Shown here piece by piece: positions 53,114 through 63,074 of a stretch of DNA of 64,000 nt. The position numbers and the translations under genes are program-made. This stretch comes from Candidatus Bathyarchaeota archaeon. GTDB taxonomy: Archaea > Thermoproteota > Bathyarchaeia > 40CM-2-53-6. The DNA is taken from the NCBI GenBank assembly GCA_963726255.1, contig CAVSBL010000002.1:1540122-1604121 (forward strand), read 5' to 3'. Under the pieces are notes generated by a model. The model was not told where the DNA came from, searched no databases, and worked only from the letters and a program-made list of their open reading frames with translations. The first letter of the stretch is position 1. Every line of letters begins with the position of its first letter.

Positions 53114-53626
53114 TCACCAGTAGGCCGATTTGAGGCGCAGGCGGTAAGCGACAACATTCGTGAGAAAGTGAACGGGCGGAGTTACAAAGAGCAGTATTGC
53201 AATAGCACCCCAACTGATTCTGTAGAACGGAGAAACGAGCAATAGTGCTCCAACAACAAAGTCCAGTTGGTCTACCCCAGGCAATGCGCCACCTGGCTTA
53301 ATTCCAAGCCTCCTCTTCAGAAACGCCCCAGCCAAGTCACCGAAAAGCGCACCTGCTGACGCCAAGAATGCGATTGTAAACAGATTCTTTGAAAACAAGA
53401 TGTACCCAAAGACACCTACTATGGCACCTATGATTAGGCCACTCAGGAATCCGCGGACAGTCTTGTTGTCCCCGAGAATCCTCTTCCCATCAGGAAGGGA
53501 TTTGCCGAAATCGATTGGTAGGCCTCCGCCGAAAATCACTGGCGCGCCGTTCGTGCAGTAGGTTGGCACAATTATAGAGAGTCCGGAAATCCAATCCTGC
53601 GTCGAAGGCCACAAGCTGTCCACCAT
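53114..53626 (-). CDS. carS: CDP-archaeol synthase (CarS, DUF46)
   Basis: NGAPVIFGG...PIDFGK...DGKRILGDNKTVRGFLSG is typical of CarS. Multi-TM, 170 aa. Confidence 0.8.
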   Translation of the reverse strand: MVDSLWPSTQDWISGLSIIVPTYCTNGAPVIFGGGLPIDFGKSLPDGKRILGDNKTVRGFLSGLIIGAIVGVFGYILFSKNLFTIAFLASAGALFGDLAGAFLKRRLGIKPGGALPGVDQLDFVVGALLLVSPFYRISWGAIAILLFVTPPVHFLTNVVAYRLRLKSAYW

Positions 53627-53660
53627 CAGAAGACGCTAACATTCGATTTGAAAATAAGAG

Positions 53661-54380
53661 TTAGTCCGGAACATCCGACAGCCCACTCTGGCTGAGTGCG
53701 ACCAGGCAGCTAGCCTTCGCAACATCTGAGCCTCCGATTCTCTCTAGAACAAACTCCCTGATACCAGGTTTGGGAGTGCTTCTAAGCCTGAGAATCGTCT
53801 GCGGAAAATGGAACAATGCCCTTCGCGCCACGGGCTCTATTTCTCCTCCAGGCGTTGTGAGGCGAGCGTGAACTTGACTTGTCAGTATGCAGGCAATCTT
53901 ACGCGATGAAGATAGTTCACCCAGGTATGCAACCTGTCTTCCAAGGTCCCTGTTCAGACTGAAAATGCTCTCCGAGCTGGGGAATGCCGAGCGATAGAGC
54001 GAACTCATGGAATCAACAACCACCAACCCAAGAGATGGTGTGACATAATTCTCGAGCGATTCAACAACCGTTCTCTGCTCTGAAAATGTTTCGGGCAAGA
54101 ATATCAGGATCAATTGGCTGATTTCTTGAGACTCCGCTGCGGCAATCTGATGAAACCGCTGTTGTGTGAAAGAGTGGTCACAGTCCAAGTATAGTATTTT
54201 GAGGCCACGTTTGGCTGCGGCTGCAGCTGCTTGGATGACAGTAGTTGTCTTGCCCGTTGCGGCTTCACCATAAATCAACGCAACCTCTCCTTTTGCGAAG
54301 CCCCCCTCAAGCAGCTTATCCAAGCCTTTGCAACCAGTTGGAATTCTTTCTTGAACTGTTGGCGATGAAAGCACCTTCAT
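53661..54380 (-). CDS. radB: RecA-superfamily ATPase RadB
   Basis: IPTGCKGLDKLLEGGF, Walker A GEAATGKTT, LVVVDS Walker B. RadB-like size (239 aa) without a RadA N-terminal HhH domain. Confidence 0.7.
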   Translation of the reverse strand: MKVLSSPTVQERIPTGCKGLDKLLEGGFAKGEVALIYGEAATGKTTTVIQAAAAAAKRGLKILYLDCDHSFTQQRFHQIAAAESQEISQLILIFLPETFSEQRTVVESLENYVTPSLGLVVVDSMSSLYRSAFPSSESIFSLNRDLGRQVAYLGELSSSRKIACILTSQVHARLTTPGGEIEPVARRALFHFPQTILRLRSTPKPGIREFVLERIGGSDVAKASCLVALSQSGLSDVPD

Positions 54381-54493
54381 AAAGTGAGAGAGGCCGCCTA
54401 TTTGCTGTCCACTTCCGTGAAATCGGTGTCCCCGATGTACACGAGTGCTGTGGCGATTAGCCTAATGTTGACTCGAGATTAATCCCTTTGTTA

Positions 54494-54515
54494 TTGAGCG
54501 TCGATACACGCTCAA
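54494..54515 (-). terminator. Hairpin immediately after the stop of the 54516..54914 gene
   Basis: TTGAGCG-TCGATACA-CGCTCAA, a 7-bp perfect stem abutting the stop codon. No T-run, so the role is uncertain. Confidence 0.3.
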
Positions 54516-54914
54516 CTAATTACCGGAACTGGTCAGCAATTCCTTTACGATTGCGCGAGGCCTAGCCGCGTCAAGCAGGCGTGTGAACTGTTTGATCCAG
54601 AGCGGGTATAGGCGGAGTTTACCGTAGAAGAATTCTTCGAAGACCAAGTTATCTAGCAGGCTTATGGCTCTACGAACTCTTGAGTAACCGTAGACCGTTG
54701 AGAGCCGGTCGACGTTATCGAGGGAGGGTAGGCTCATGAATTCTGAAGCGATGGTCTCGTATACTTCCTTGTGCTCTTGCCCCTCTTGTAGCCTCCGTGC
54801 CTGCAGTTTTCGTAAAGCCGGCCGTCTAAACACTCGAGACTGTTGCAGCCGCTCTTCGAGCGTAGAGTTGTTCGGTGAATTCATCCGAGAATCATTCCCA
54901 ATATTCGTGCGCAA
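54516..54914 (-). CDS. Hypothetical protein
   Basis: 132-codon ORF with no recognised motif. Confidence 0.45.
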   Translation of the reverse strand: MRTNIGNDSRMNSPNNSTLEERLQQSRVFRRPALRKLQARRLQEGQEHKEVYETIASEFMSLPSLDNVDRLSTVYGYSRVRRAISLLDNLVFEEFFYGKLRLYPLWIKQFTRLLDAARPRAIVKELLTSSGN

Positions 54915-54973
54915 TGCATTTTTAAATTAATGCATGAACGATGGAAGAACGGTCCTCCCTTCCTGTGGAGTCT

Positions 54974-55390
54974 TTATCTCTTCTTGGTAACTTCCTCGAG
55001 AAATTTCATGTAGCCTTCTGCATTCAGCAGGGCTTTCAGGTCGTCTGGCAGGCGCGAAGACTTAACTATAACGATCCAACCGGCGCCGTACGGCTCTTGG
55101 TTCACTAGTTCTGGTGATTCCACCAATTTTTCATTGCGCTCGACAACTTCGCCGGAAACTGGCGAATACAGTTCGGAGACAGCTTTTACCGATTCGACCG
55201 TTCCGAATGTGACGCCCTGAGTCAAGGTTTTCCCCACATTCGGCAGATCAACGTACACAGCCTCGTGAAGCGATTTCTGCGCATAGTCCGTTATTCCGAT
55301 ACGGCATTTATCATTCTCAAGTTTCATCCATTCATGCTCTCGAGTGTAGTACAATCCTTCACGTATTTCGGAATCGGCAACTTTCAACAC
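54974..55390 (-). CDS. gcvH: Glycine cleavage system protein H
   Basis: YTREHEWMK, lipoyl-lysine motif VESVKAVSELYSP. GTG 55390 is preceded by GGGAGGG and gives a normal-length GcvH. The track start at 55453 would leave only 32 nt to the divergent gene. Confidence 0.85.
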   Translation of the reverse strand: MLKVADSEIREGLYYTREHEWMKLENDKCRIGITDYAQKSLHEAVYVDLPNVGKTLTQGVTFGTVESVKAVSELYSPVSGEVVERNEKLVESPELVNQEPYGAGWIVIVKSSRLPDDLKALLNAEGYMKFLEEVTKKR

Positions 55391-55485
55391 CGAACCCTCC
55401 CGGCGCACATGGGATGAAGCGATAGCGTATTTAGCAATATGCTCTGAATTCATGTCTGCAGAATTGAAGGCGAACGAACCGACCT

Positions 55486-56604
55486 TTGCAGGATGATACT
55501 TGTTTCATGCGACACATGCTCGCAGCCAATAACACGTTACTTGTCCGAGGACCGGCTTCCCTCCGCCTTTTGAGTGGGGATGCTGAAGTTCTAGGCGCGT
55601 CGTTAGACCGAAATCGCAAATTGGCAGTTAGGAAAGACAAACAGCTTCCCGTAGAAGCGAGAACCCAAGCCGACTTGGAAATTTTACTTGGCAAGTCCGG
55701 AGAGATTTTCGAGATCGGTGGCAGTACCATACCTGCTTCATGGAAGATAGCTGCCGAGGCTTTGGCGGAAATGGAGCAAGGAAAGGTTATGGTGATTGGT
55801 ATGACAGATGTTGGCAAGAGCACGCTTTGCGCATACCTGATCAACCGGTTGTTACAGCAAGGGTTGAGCCCTGTTGTCGTCGATGGAGACATCGGGCAAT
55901 CAGATATTGGACCTCCAACCACTGTGGGAACTTCAGCACCCACAACTTCTGTCTCTTCGCTCGTTGACCTCAGGCCAGAGGCGATAATCTTCATCGGCCA
56001 CACAAGCCCAAGCCATGTCGAAACCAAAATCATCGACGGACTGAAACGGCTTTCTGACCGCATGGAAGATTCACTCACAATCATCAACACCGACGGTTGG
56101 ATCCTTGATCCCGAGGCAATCTCATACAAGGCCAGAATGATCACCGAAACTAAACCGGATCTCGTAATCGGGCTGGCTAACGGGACAGAGCTTCAACCCA
56201 TATTATCTGGGTCAAGGGCCAAATCGTTGAGCATCGATACCGCCAAGGAAGTGTTGGCACGTTCTCGAATCGACAGACGCGAGATTCGTACAGCGAGCTA
56301 CCGAAGGTTCCTAGAAGGAGCAAGAACAAGAGCGGTGTCTTTGCAAGGGGTTAGCATTTCAACACCCAAGGGTTTTCCTCAAGTTGAGGGACCCAAGGCC
56401 CGGGAACTGAGTAACCTCGTCGTCGGCCTCCTAAACAGTGATGGTTACATGCTCCAGATTGGCATTCTAATAGGCCTTGGAAAGGGTACAGCCAGAGTCT
56501 ACTGCAGACCTGTCGAAGCTGTTCGCAAAATAGAAGTGGGCTACGTCAAACTTTCGACAACCGGAACCGAACTCGGATATTTCGAACCAAGACAACCCTA
56601 CTGA
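55486..56604 (+). CDS. Clp1/Grc3-like polynucleotide 5'-hydroxyl kinase
   Basis: P-loop VIGMTDVGKSTLCAYLINRL, VVVDGDIGQSDIGPP, INTDGW. Confidence 0.75.
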   Translation: MQDDTCFMRHMLAANNTLLVRGPASLRLLSGDAEVLGASLDRNRKLAVRKDKQLPVEARTQADLEILLGKSGEIFEIGGSTIPASWKIAAEALAEMEQGKVMVIGMTDVGKSTLCAYLINRLLQQGLSPVVVDGDIGQSDIGPPTTVGTSAPTTSVSSLVDLRPEAIIFIGHTSPSHVETKIIDGLKRLSDRMEDSLTIINTDGWILDPEAISYKARMITETKPDLVIGLANGTELQPILSGSRAKSLSIDTAKEVLARSRIDRREIRTASYRRFLEGARTRAVSLQGVSISTPKGFPQVEGPKARELSNLVVGLLNSDGYMLQIGILIGLGKGTARVYCRPVEAVRKIEVGYVKLSTTGTELGYFEPRQPY

Positions 56605-56668
56605 AATGATTATCCTTTAATGAACCAAGTACCAACACTCAGCGAAATTCTGTTCGAGTGCATGTGCA

Positions 56669-58072
56669 TTGAGCACCCTTGAAGAATATAGGAAGCAAAT
56701 TCGAGAAACAGACAAGCAACTTCTCTCCTTAGTCAGGGAACGATTGGTTCTCGGCAACAAGGTCGCTTTGATTAAGGAAAGCAAAGGCCTACCCACGATA
56801 GACCCAGATGCAGAACAGGCTACCATGGACAGCCTGATGCATTTGGCTAAAGACCTTGAAATCGACTCTACGTTCGCTAAAAGGTTAGGAGAGCTACTCA
56901 TCGAGGAAACCATCAGCGTACAAGATCGCGCACGGCCCACCCAGTCGAAAGACCAGCTCATGAAGGAAATCTTTGAACTGACTCAGAAACTGATGGCCCA
57001 AGGCGAAAGGGTAACGCGTTTCGAGGTGGGAGAACCAAACTTCCCGGCACCCCAGCAAGCTGTTCGGGCCCTAAGCGAAACTTTCCGGAAGAGTAAGGTG
57101 ATTGGCTACGGCCCAGCCGCCGGCTTGCCCGAATTGAGGAAGGCCCTAGCAGAGGAATTGAGTGCCCAGCACAACGCCAGCGTTGATCCTGACCAAGTAC
57201 TAATTACGCCAGGTGGGAGATTCGCAATTTTCGCCACCATAACCAGTTATGTCTCCCCGTTCGAACGCGTCATCATACCCCAACCCGCCTGGCCAGCATA
57301 CGAGGAATGCGTACACTTCGCCAGAGGCCGAGTTATCCCACTGAATACGACTCTTGAGAACGGATGGGACATAGACCTCGGGCAACTTGAGTCCGAACTA
57401 CGCAAAGGGGCTCGAATGCTAGTAGTCAACAGTCCCAACAACCCGACGGGCAAAGCGATGGGCAAGAAGAAGTTTGACGAAATAGTTGAAATGGCCCGCA
57501 AGTACGACGTAATGATTCTGTCTGACGAAGTATACGACAGGTACGTCCGGTCTCCAACGCCGAGCATACTTGAAACCGACTATAGCAACGCAGTCTACAT
57601 CAACAGCTTCTCCAAGCAGTTTAGTCTAACAGGATGGCGAATCGCCTACCTAGTAACGACGAAAGATAAAGCACTGCAGATTCGACGCGTCATCCAGACC
57701 GCAGTAACCTGTGTGCCAGAATTTACGCAACGAGCAGTTCTCGTTGCGATTAAGAAGGGACGTCGTGAAGCTCAACGTAGCATTAGCGCGATAATGAAGA
57801 AAGTGGACCTGACATGCCGCGAACTCAACAAGATTGATGTATCTTACTACAAGCCCGATGGGGCCTTCTATGTTTTCCCCAAAGCGAATAAGCCGAATTT
57901 TGATTCAGTGCAATTCGCTAAGCAACTCCTAGAGCAACACCGGGTAAGCATTAGCCCAGGCAAATCCTTTGGAGAATATCCCGCGTTCTTCAGACTGGCC
58001 GTTTCCCTGCCGGAATCACAAATTCCAGGCGCAATAAAAGCGATCGGAAGTGCAATAGAAGCATGGTCGTAG
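56669..58072 (+). CDS. Bifunctional chorismate mutase (AroQ) / class I aminotransferase fusion
   Basis: N-terminal ~90 aa LEEYRKQIRETDKQLLSLVRERLVLGNKVALIK (AroQ helix pattern). Rest is an aminotransferase: NSPNNPTG, NSFSKQFSLTGWRIAY (PLP Lys). Confidence 0.8.
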   Translation: MSTLEEYRKQIRETDKQLLSLVRERLVLGNKVALIKESKGLPTIDPDAEQATMDSLMHLAKDLEIDSTFAKRLGELLIEETISVQDRARPTQSKDQLMKEIFELTQKLMAQGERVTRFEVGEPNFPAPQQAVRALSETFRKSKVIGYGPAAGLPELRKALAEELSAQHNASVDPDQVLITPGGRFAIFATITSYVSPFERVIIPQPAWPAYEECVHFARGRVIPLNTTLENGWDIDLGQLESELRKGARMLVVNSPNNPTGKAMGKKKFDEIVEMARKYDVMILSDEVYDRYVRSPTPSILETDYSNAVYINSFSKQFSLTGWRIAYLVTTKDKALQIRRVIQTAVTCVPEFTQRAVLVAIKKGRREAQRSISAIMKKVDLTCRELNKIDVSYYKPDGAFYVFPKANKPNFDSVQFAKQLLEQHRVSISPGKSFGEYPAFFRLAVSLPESQIPGAIKAIGSAIEAWS

Positions 58073-58950
58073 CAACCATCATCGGCGGAGCAGGCCGAAT
58101 GGGCAGTTGGTTCGCTAGTTTTCTAAAGAAAAACGGTTACCGAATAATTATCTCCGACAACAACACACAATTAGCAAGAAAACTCGCCAGAAAGAAACAA
58201 TTCAAGTTCCTCGAGGACCCCAAGCTGGCTGTTCAAGAAGCACAGTTAGTAATCCTGGCGACCCCAACTGAGGTTACTAAGAGCATTTTGAAGAGAATTG
58301 AGCCACATCTCTCTCGCAGTTGCCTTCTCGTGGAAATTTCGTCGATTAAGGAACCAGTCAGACCGACACTTCAAGGGATGAAAAGGCGTGGCATTGCTGT
58401 ACTCAGCATTCACCCGATGTTTGGCCCTGGAATCAAGAGCCTCGCTGGAAAGACAATCATAACAACTCTGCTACCACGCCATACAGATACTAGGAAATTT
58501 CTTTCTCTATTCCGAAGGGAGGGCGCGAGGATCATTCCAAGCGACTTTGACCAGCACGACAAGTACACTTCAATCACGTTGGCCCTGCCACATTTTATGA
58601 ACATAGAATTGGTCAACGCCCTGAGAACTTGTCGGTTCAGACCGAACCAGTTGAAGGCCGTAGCCGGTACAACGTTTAGACTTCAGTTACTTATAGCAGA
58701 AGCGCTGTATCAAGAAAACTTTGGTAACGAAGCTTCAATCTTAATGGATAATAAGAAAGCATTGCAGATGCTGAAGGCTTTTGTGAAACATAACAATAGG
58801 ACACTTTCGACGCTTGGCAGAGGGAGGAAGGGAAAGCAAAGCTTGCTTCAGGACCTGAAGAAAGGTCGGGATTACCTGGTTAAGGATCCGATGTTTCACG
58901 GTGCGTACGGCTGGTTCAATGCGGCTGTTGAAGCTTCGAGCCTTCACTGA
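58063..58950 (+). CDS. tyrA: Prephenate (or arogenate) dehydrogenase TyrA
   Basis: IIGGAGRMGSWFASFL Rossmann motif, SIHPMFGP. Confidence 0.85.
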   Translation: MVVATIIGGAGRMGSWFASFLKKNGYRIIISDNNTQLARKLARKKQFKFLEDPKLAVQEAQLVILATPTEVTKSILKRIEPHLSRSCLLVEISSIKEPVRPTLQGMKRRGIAVLSIHPMFGPGIKSLAGKTIITTLLPRHTDTRKFLSLFRREGARIIPSDFDQHDKYTSITLALPHFMNIELVNALRTCRFRPNQLKAVAGTTFRLQLLIAEALYQENFGNEASILMDNKKALQMLKAFVKHNNRTLSTLGRGRKGKQSLLQDLKKGRDYLVKDPMFHGAYGWFNAAVEASSLH

Positions 58951-60064
58951 TTTTATCAACGGGTTTCTTGCCTAGAACACGGGGAATCTTACCGGCCCGC
59001 AGACAATGGTCGATTAGAACGATTGCGACCGCCGCCTCGACAACCGGAACCGCTTTCGGCACTATGCACGGATCATGCCGACCGGTCACCTGCACCGTAG
59101 TATCCTGCATTTCCTTCAGGTTTACCGTTTTTTGTTCCTTCGGTATTGACGAGGGAGGCTTGAAGGCAACTCGGACCACAATCGGCATGCCGTTTGATAG
59201 GCCACCCAGTATTCCGCCAGCATTATTCGTCAGTGTCTCAATTCTGCCTTTCCGTATTGTGTACGAATCGTTATTTTCTGAGCCCTTGACGGCGGACGCC
59301 TGAAATCCTAACCCTACCTCAAAACCTTTGACTGCAGGAATGCTGAAAGCGACTTTAGCGAGGTCTGCGTCAAGGCTGTCGAAGAACGGTTCGCCTATCC
59401 CCGGGGGCACGCCTTCCGCGATACACTCTACCACTCCTCCGAAGCTGTCCCCTTCACTTCGTATTTTCATGATAGCTTCTTTCATTTCCTCAGCGGTTTC
59501 TGGATCGGCGCATCGTACTGAGTTCGAGTAAGCGTTTCGCTTTATGGTTTCACTTGGCAATTGGCGCTCTACCTTGATTGTATGAATCTGGATCGTGTGC
59601 GCAAAGACTTCGACACCAAGCGTGCGCAGTAATTTCTTCGCGATCGCCCCTGCCATAGTGATTGGGACGGTCATTCTGCCGCTGGCACGGCCGCCGCCTC
59701 GAAGATCGTTGAAATCTCCGAATTTGATTCTGGTTGGATAGTCGGCGTGCCCTGGCCTTGCTACGAACTTCAACTTGTCATAATCCTGTGACCTGACATC
59801 TTTGTTCCAAGCGAGCAAGGCGACAGGGGCTCCGGTTGTGTAGCCTTCGAAGACCCCTGAGAGAATCTGCACCTCGTCCTTCTCGCGCCGAGCTGATGTC
59901 AGATTGGGGTCAGGCGGCATCCTTCGCTCAAGTTCAAATTGAATGTCCTCCGTCGCTAGCTGAAGACCAGCAGGGCATCCATCCACGACAGCTGCTACAG
60001 CGGGACCATGGCTCTCGCCGAAGACCATCACGCGGAAGTCTTTTCCGAATGAGCTATCTGCCAA
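58916..60064 (-). CDS. aroC: Chorismate synthase
   Basis: FGKDFRVMVFGESHG, GRHDPC, RPGHAD. TTG 60064 gives the family-typical N-terminus MADSSFGKDFRV. The track ORF extends to 60133. Confidence 0.9.
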   Translation of the reverse strand: MADSSFGKDFRVMVFGESHGPAVAAVVDGCPAGLQLATEDIQFELERRMPPDPNLTSARREKDEVQILSGVFEGYTTGAPVALLAWNKDVRSQDYDKLKFVARPGHADYPTRIKFGDFNDLRGGGRASGRMTVPITMAGAIAKKLLRTLGVEVFAHTIQIHTIKVERQLPSETIKRNAYSNSVRCADPETAEEMKEAIMKIRSEGDSFGGVVECIAEGVPPGIGEPFFDSLDADLAKVAFSIPAVKGFEVGLGFQASAVKGSENNDSYTIRKGRIETLTNNAGGILGGLSNGMPIVVRVAFKPPSSIPKEQKTVNLKEMQDTTVQVTGRHDPCIVPKAVPVVEAAVAIVLIDHCLRAGKIPRVLGKKPVDKISEGSKLQQPH

Positions 60065-61325
60065 ATACTTCAACTCCGAGTAACCGCAGATCATTGAAGA
60101 AGGTTGGATATGATTTGCTGACGCATTCAGCACCTTCTATGACAACTTGGCCTTTTGCCATTAGGGCCGCTGCGCTAAGCGCCATTGCAACCCTATGATC
60201 GCCATGCGAGCGGACGTTACCGCCCCGTAGTGAGCGTGGTCCATGGACAAGTAGACTGTCGTTGACCTCTTCGATTTCCCCGCCAAGCACCCTTAGCTCT
60301 GATGCGACTGCGTTTAGTCTATCTGATTCTTTGTAGCGCAACCTGCCTGCTCCGGTAATTCGAGTTTCTCCATCCGCGTAGCATCCAAGAACCGCCAGTA
60401 TGGGGCCGAGGTCCGGGCAATCACGGATGTCGATGATGATGCCATTTAGCTGGCCACCTTCCACAAGCAGCCCTTCTGGAATGAATCGTGTCGCGACTCC
60501 CATTCTGGACAGGATGCTGACCACAACTGAATCAGGCTCAGAATTCTCTTGCAAGAGGCCGCGAATTAGTAGCTTGGAATCAGTTATGGCAGCGGCAGAC
60601 ATAACGAACGAAGCAGATGAGAAGTCGCCCGGAACCCGGTCGGCGGCTGGGGCGTACGTTTGCTTTGGCTGTATTTCGAAGAGAGACATTTCATAGTTCG
60701 ACTTGACCTGGATTCCATGATGTTTCATGATTTCCATAGTCAGCCGTACGTACCCTCGTGATTCCAGCGGCGAGGTCATCTCCAAGCGCAGCCCTTCCTG
60801 CATCATCGGGGCAGCGAGAAGTAGTCCTGAGACAAATTGGGAACTTACGTCGCCGCGAATCTGAATTCTTCCGCCTAGAGGCGGACCACCCGCGACTCGA
60901 ATGCCACGCTTTGAGGAGGCTACCTCCACACCAAGTTGATCCATGGCTTCAGCCAACGGTTCAATCGGCCGACGAATCAAGCCTTCGCTGCCCGTGAACA
61001 TGATCTCTTCTCCTGTAAGCGATGCGATTGGAATTGTGAAACGCAAAGTAACCCCGGATTCGCCGCAGTGAATTTCCTTTTTGACCGTCGTCGGATGCCC
61101 ATTGCTTCGGATGGTCCAAACATTTGTCCTACGCTCGAGACTTGCGCCCAGGGCTGAAATGGCGGCCGCCGTTGTTTCAGTGTCGTCGCATAAGAGCGGG
61201 TTCTCAATTTCGGTAATCCCATGGGATAGAAGTCCAGCGAATAGCGCCCGATGTGTGTGGGCTTTGGAAGGTGGCGCGGTTACGTCGCCTGAAAGAACCC
61301 GTCTCGGAGTTATGGTAACTTTCAA
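60054..61325 (-). CDS. aroA: 3-phosphoshikimate 1-carboxyvinyltransferase (EPSP synthase)
   Basis: PPSKAHTHRAL, GESGVTLRF, KESDRL, HGDHRVAMAL. Confidence 0.9.
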   Translation of the reverse strand: MKVTITPRRVLSGDVTAPPSKAHTHRALFAGLLSHGITEIENPLLCDDTETTAAAISALGASLERRTNVWTIRSNGHPTTVKKEIHCGESGVTLRFTIPIASLTGEEIMFTGSEGLIRRPIEPLAEAMDQLGVEVASSKRGIRVAGGPPLGGRIQIRGDVSSQFVSGLLLAAPMMQEGLRLEMTSPLESRGYVRLTMEIMKHHGIQVKSNYEMSLFEIQPKQTYAPAADRVPGDFSSASFVMSAAAITDSKLLIRGLLQENSEPDSVVVSILSRMGVATRFIPEGLLVEGGQLNGIIIDIRDCPDLGPILAVLGCYADGETRITGAGRLRYKESDRLNAVASELRVLGGEIEEVNDSLLVHGPRSLRGGNVRSHGDHRVAMALSAAALMAKGQVVIEGAECVSKSYPTFFNDLRLLGVEVFGR

Positions 61326-62203
61326 CTTGCCGCCCCCAAGGGTCGAGCTTTCTCAAAGTTGAACGATGTTTCGATTATTCTGCCAGAGAGTGAACTCCAA
61401 GCGGAAAGAACGTTTTCTACTTTGGCCTTCGGGACGACGGCAGCTACTGCAGGACCTTTTCCAGTCAGCCCGGCAGCGATGGCCCCTTCGTGAAGGGCTA
61501 GCCTGGCCGGCTTTGTATTGTAGGCGAAGGCTTTGCAATAGATTAGGCCGTTCAATGTCATGGAATTCCAATAGTTTCCATTCGCGGCCTCTTTGTGGGC
61601 GACTTGAACGAAAAGCCTGAACTTTCTTAGAGAATCCCGGTTAACCTCGCTGGTATACTTCTTGTGGTTTGGCAGATGGATGAGAACGTGAAAACGGCCT
61701 TTCGGCTTGAACCGTTTGAGAATTCGCCTGTGCGTGTTGTCTGTTACCACAAGACCACCGAAGTAGCACGCGCAGGCGTCGTCATAGGCACCTGTTAACG
61801 TTACTCCCGCACCGAGGCTGGACTCAACACCCAGCTTTACGGTCTGGATATCACTTATCCTTCGTCCCAGAACTCTCAGGCTTGCTAGTACGACGGCGTT
61901 GCTGGCCGCGCTGCTGCTTTTCAGGCCGACTGCCACTGGAATATTGGAAGATGTTTCAACGAGCGCGCCCAAGGTTTCGTCTGCTTTGAATTTGTGGAAG
62001 GTATGGCGAGCTGCTGTTTCAATTAGTCTGGTGTCTTCACGTGGGTCGGTCAGGTTACGTCCCCTGAATTCGCCCGGTTGAGTTGTCAGCGTTACCTTCG
62101 CTCGCGTCCAAAGCCGAACGCCCAAGGCTGCGCCTTTACCCGTGGCCATGGCGTTCACTACGGTAACCGCTCCATGGCTTATCGCCTCAGCTACTTTCCG
62201 CAT
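61322..62203 (-). CDS. aroK: Archaeal GHMP-kinase-type shikimate kinase
   Basis: HGAVTVVNAMATGKGAALGV, GLKSSSAASNA (GHMP motif II). Positioned between aroE and aroA. Confidence 0.85.
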   Translation of the reverse strand: MRKVAEAISHGAVTVVNAMATGKGAALGVRLWTRAKVTLTTQPGEFRGRNLTDPREDTRLIETAARHTFHKFKADETLGALVETSSNIPVAVGLKSSSAASNAVVLASLRVLGRRISDIQTVKLGVESSLGAGVTLTGAYDDACACYFGGLVVTDNTHRRILKRFKPKGRFHVLIHLPNHKKYTSEVNRDSLRKFRLFVQVAHKEAANGNYWNSMTLNGLIYCKAFAYNTKPARLALHEGAIAAGLTGKGPAVAAVVPKAKVENVLSAWSSLSGRIIETSFNFEKARPLGAAS

Positions 62204-63074
62204 GCTTCATCGCCAAAAGGCCCTGGGCTATCGCGTGGCGCATCTCGAGTATCGGAGCTTTTCTTCCCGTCCACAACTCGAAGGTGCAGGCGCCTTGATT
62301 TACTAACATGTCCAACCCGCCGATGGTCCTTGCGCCAGCCGAGTCTGCAAGCTGAAGTAGTCTAGTTTGAGGTGGCCTGTACACTATGTCGAAGACCAAT
62401 TGGTTTGAACGCAACCAGTCCGCTTCGATAGGCGGGTTGGCCACCCCGTCAGTTCCCATCGACGACGCGTTGATGACGATATCCGCCTCCGTGATAAAAT
62501 CCTTCAGCAGCTTACTCGAGAGGGGGACATGCGTAACCTCGATGTGGAATCTCCTGCGTATTCGATTTGCCAACTCCCTTGACTTCGAGATTGTTCTATT
62601 AACGAGCCTAATTGAGTTAGTTTGTTGGGCAAGAACGTAGGCAATAGCACGGCTTGCGCCGCCAGCGCCGAAGATTAGAACCGATTTTCCCTTGGGTGTT
62701 GCGTCCGCCTCTTCTAGTGCCTTAACGGCTCCGATCCCATCTGTGTTGAAACCCCAAAGTTTCCCGTTTTCGTTGACGACGGTGTTCACGGATTCGATTG
62801 CAGCCGCTGAGGTTTCTACCTTGTCAAGATAGCGCAGAACATTGACCTTGTGAGGAGCTGTCACGTTGAACCCTTTCACCTTCAAAGTTCGCAGACCTTT
62901 GACGCCATCTCTCAAATCCTCACGCCGAACGTGAAAGGGCACGTATACGGCGTCAATTCCGGTTGAGCGAAACGCCGTGTTTTGGATCGCTGGGCTCATG
63001 GAATGGTCGATGGGGTCTCCTATCAAACCGTAGACCGTCGTCTTTCCAGAAATCCTTCGGCTACTGAACTCCAA
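62187..63074 (-). CDS. aroE: Shikimate 5-dehydrogenase
   Basis: YGLIGDPIDHSMSPAIQNTAF, FGAGGASRAI, FNTDGIG. Start uncertain: TTG 63074 or GTG 63089. Confidence 0.9.
   Translation of the reverse strand: MEFSSRRISGKTTVYGLIGDPIDHSMSPAIQNTAFRSTGIDAVYVPFHVRREDLRDGVKGLRTLKVKGFNVTAPHKVNVLRYLDKVETSAAAIESVNTVVNENGKLWGFNTDGIGAVKALEEADATPKGKSVLIFGAGGASRAIAYVLAQQTNSIRLVNRTISKSRELANRIRRRFHIEVTHVPLSSKLLKDFITEADIVINASSMGTDGVANPPIEADWLRSNQLVFDIVYRPPQTRLLQLADSAGARTIGGLDMLVNQGACTFELWTGRKAPILEMRHAIAQGLLAMKHAESS

Noticed and set aside
55431-56144. Long antisense or alternative-frame ORFs (55431..56144, 7228..7812, 12545..12862, 28573..29010, 32734..33177, 35171..35608, 42397..42729 and similar)
   Set aside because: Each lies entirely within a well-supported conserved gene on the other strand or frame. 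They have biased, low-complexity composition (Arg/Ser/Pro-rich) typical of shadow ORFs.
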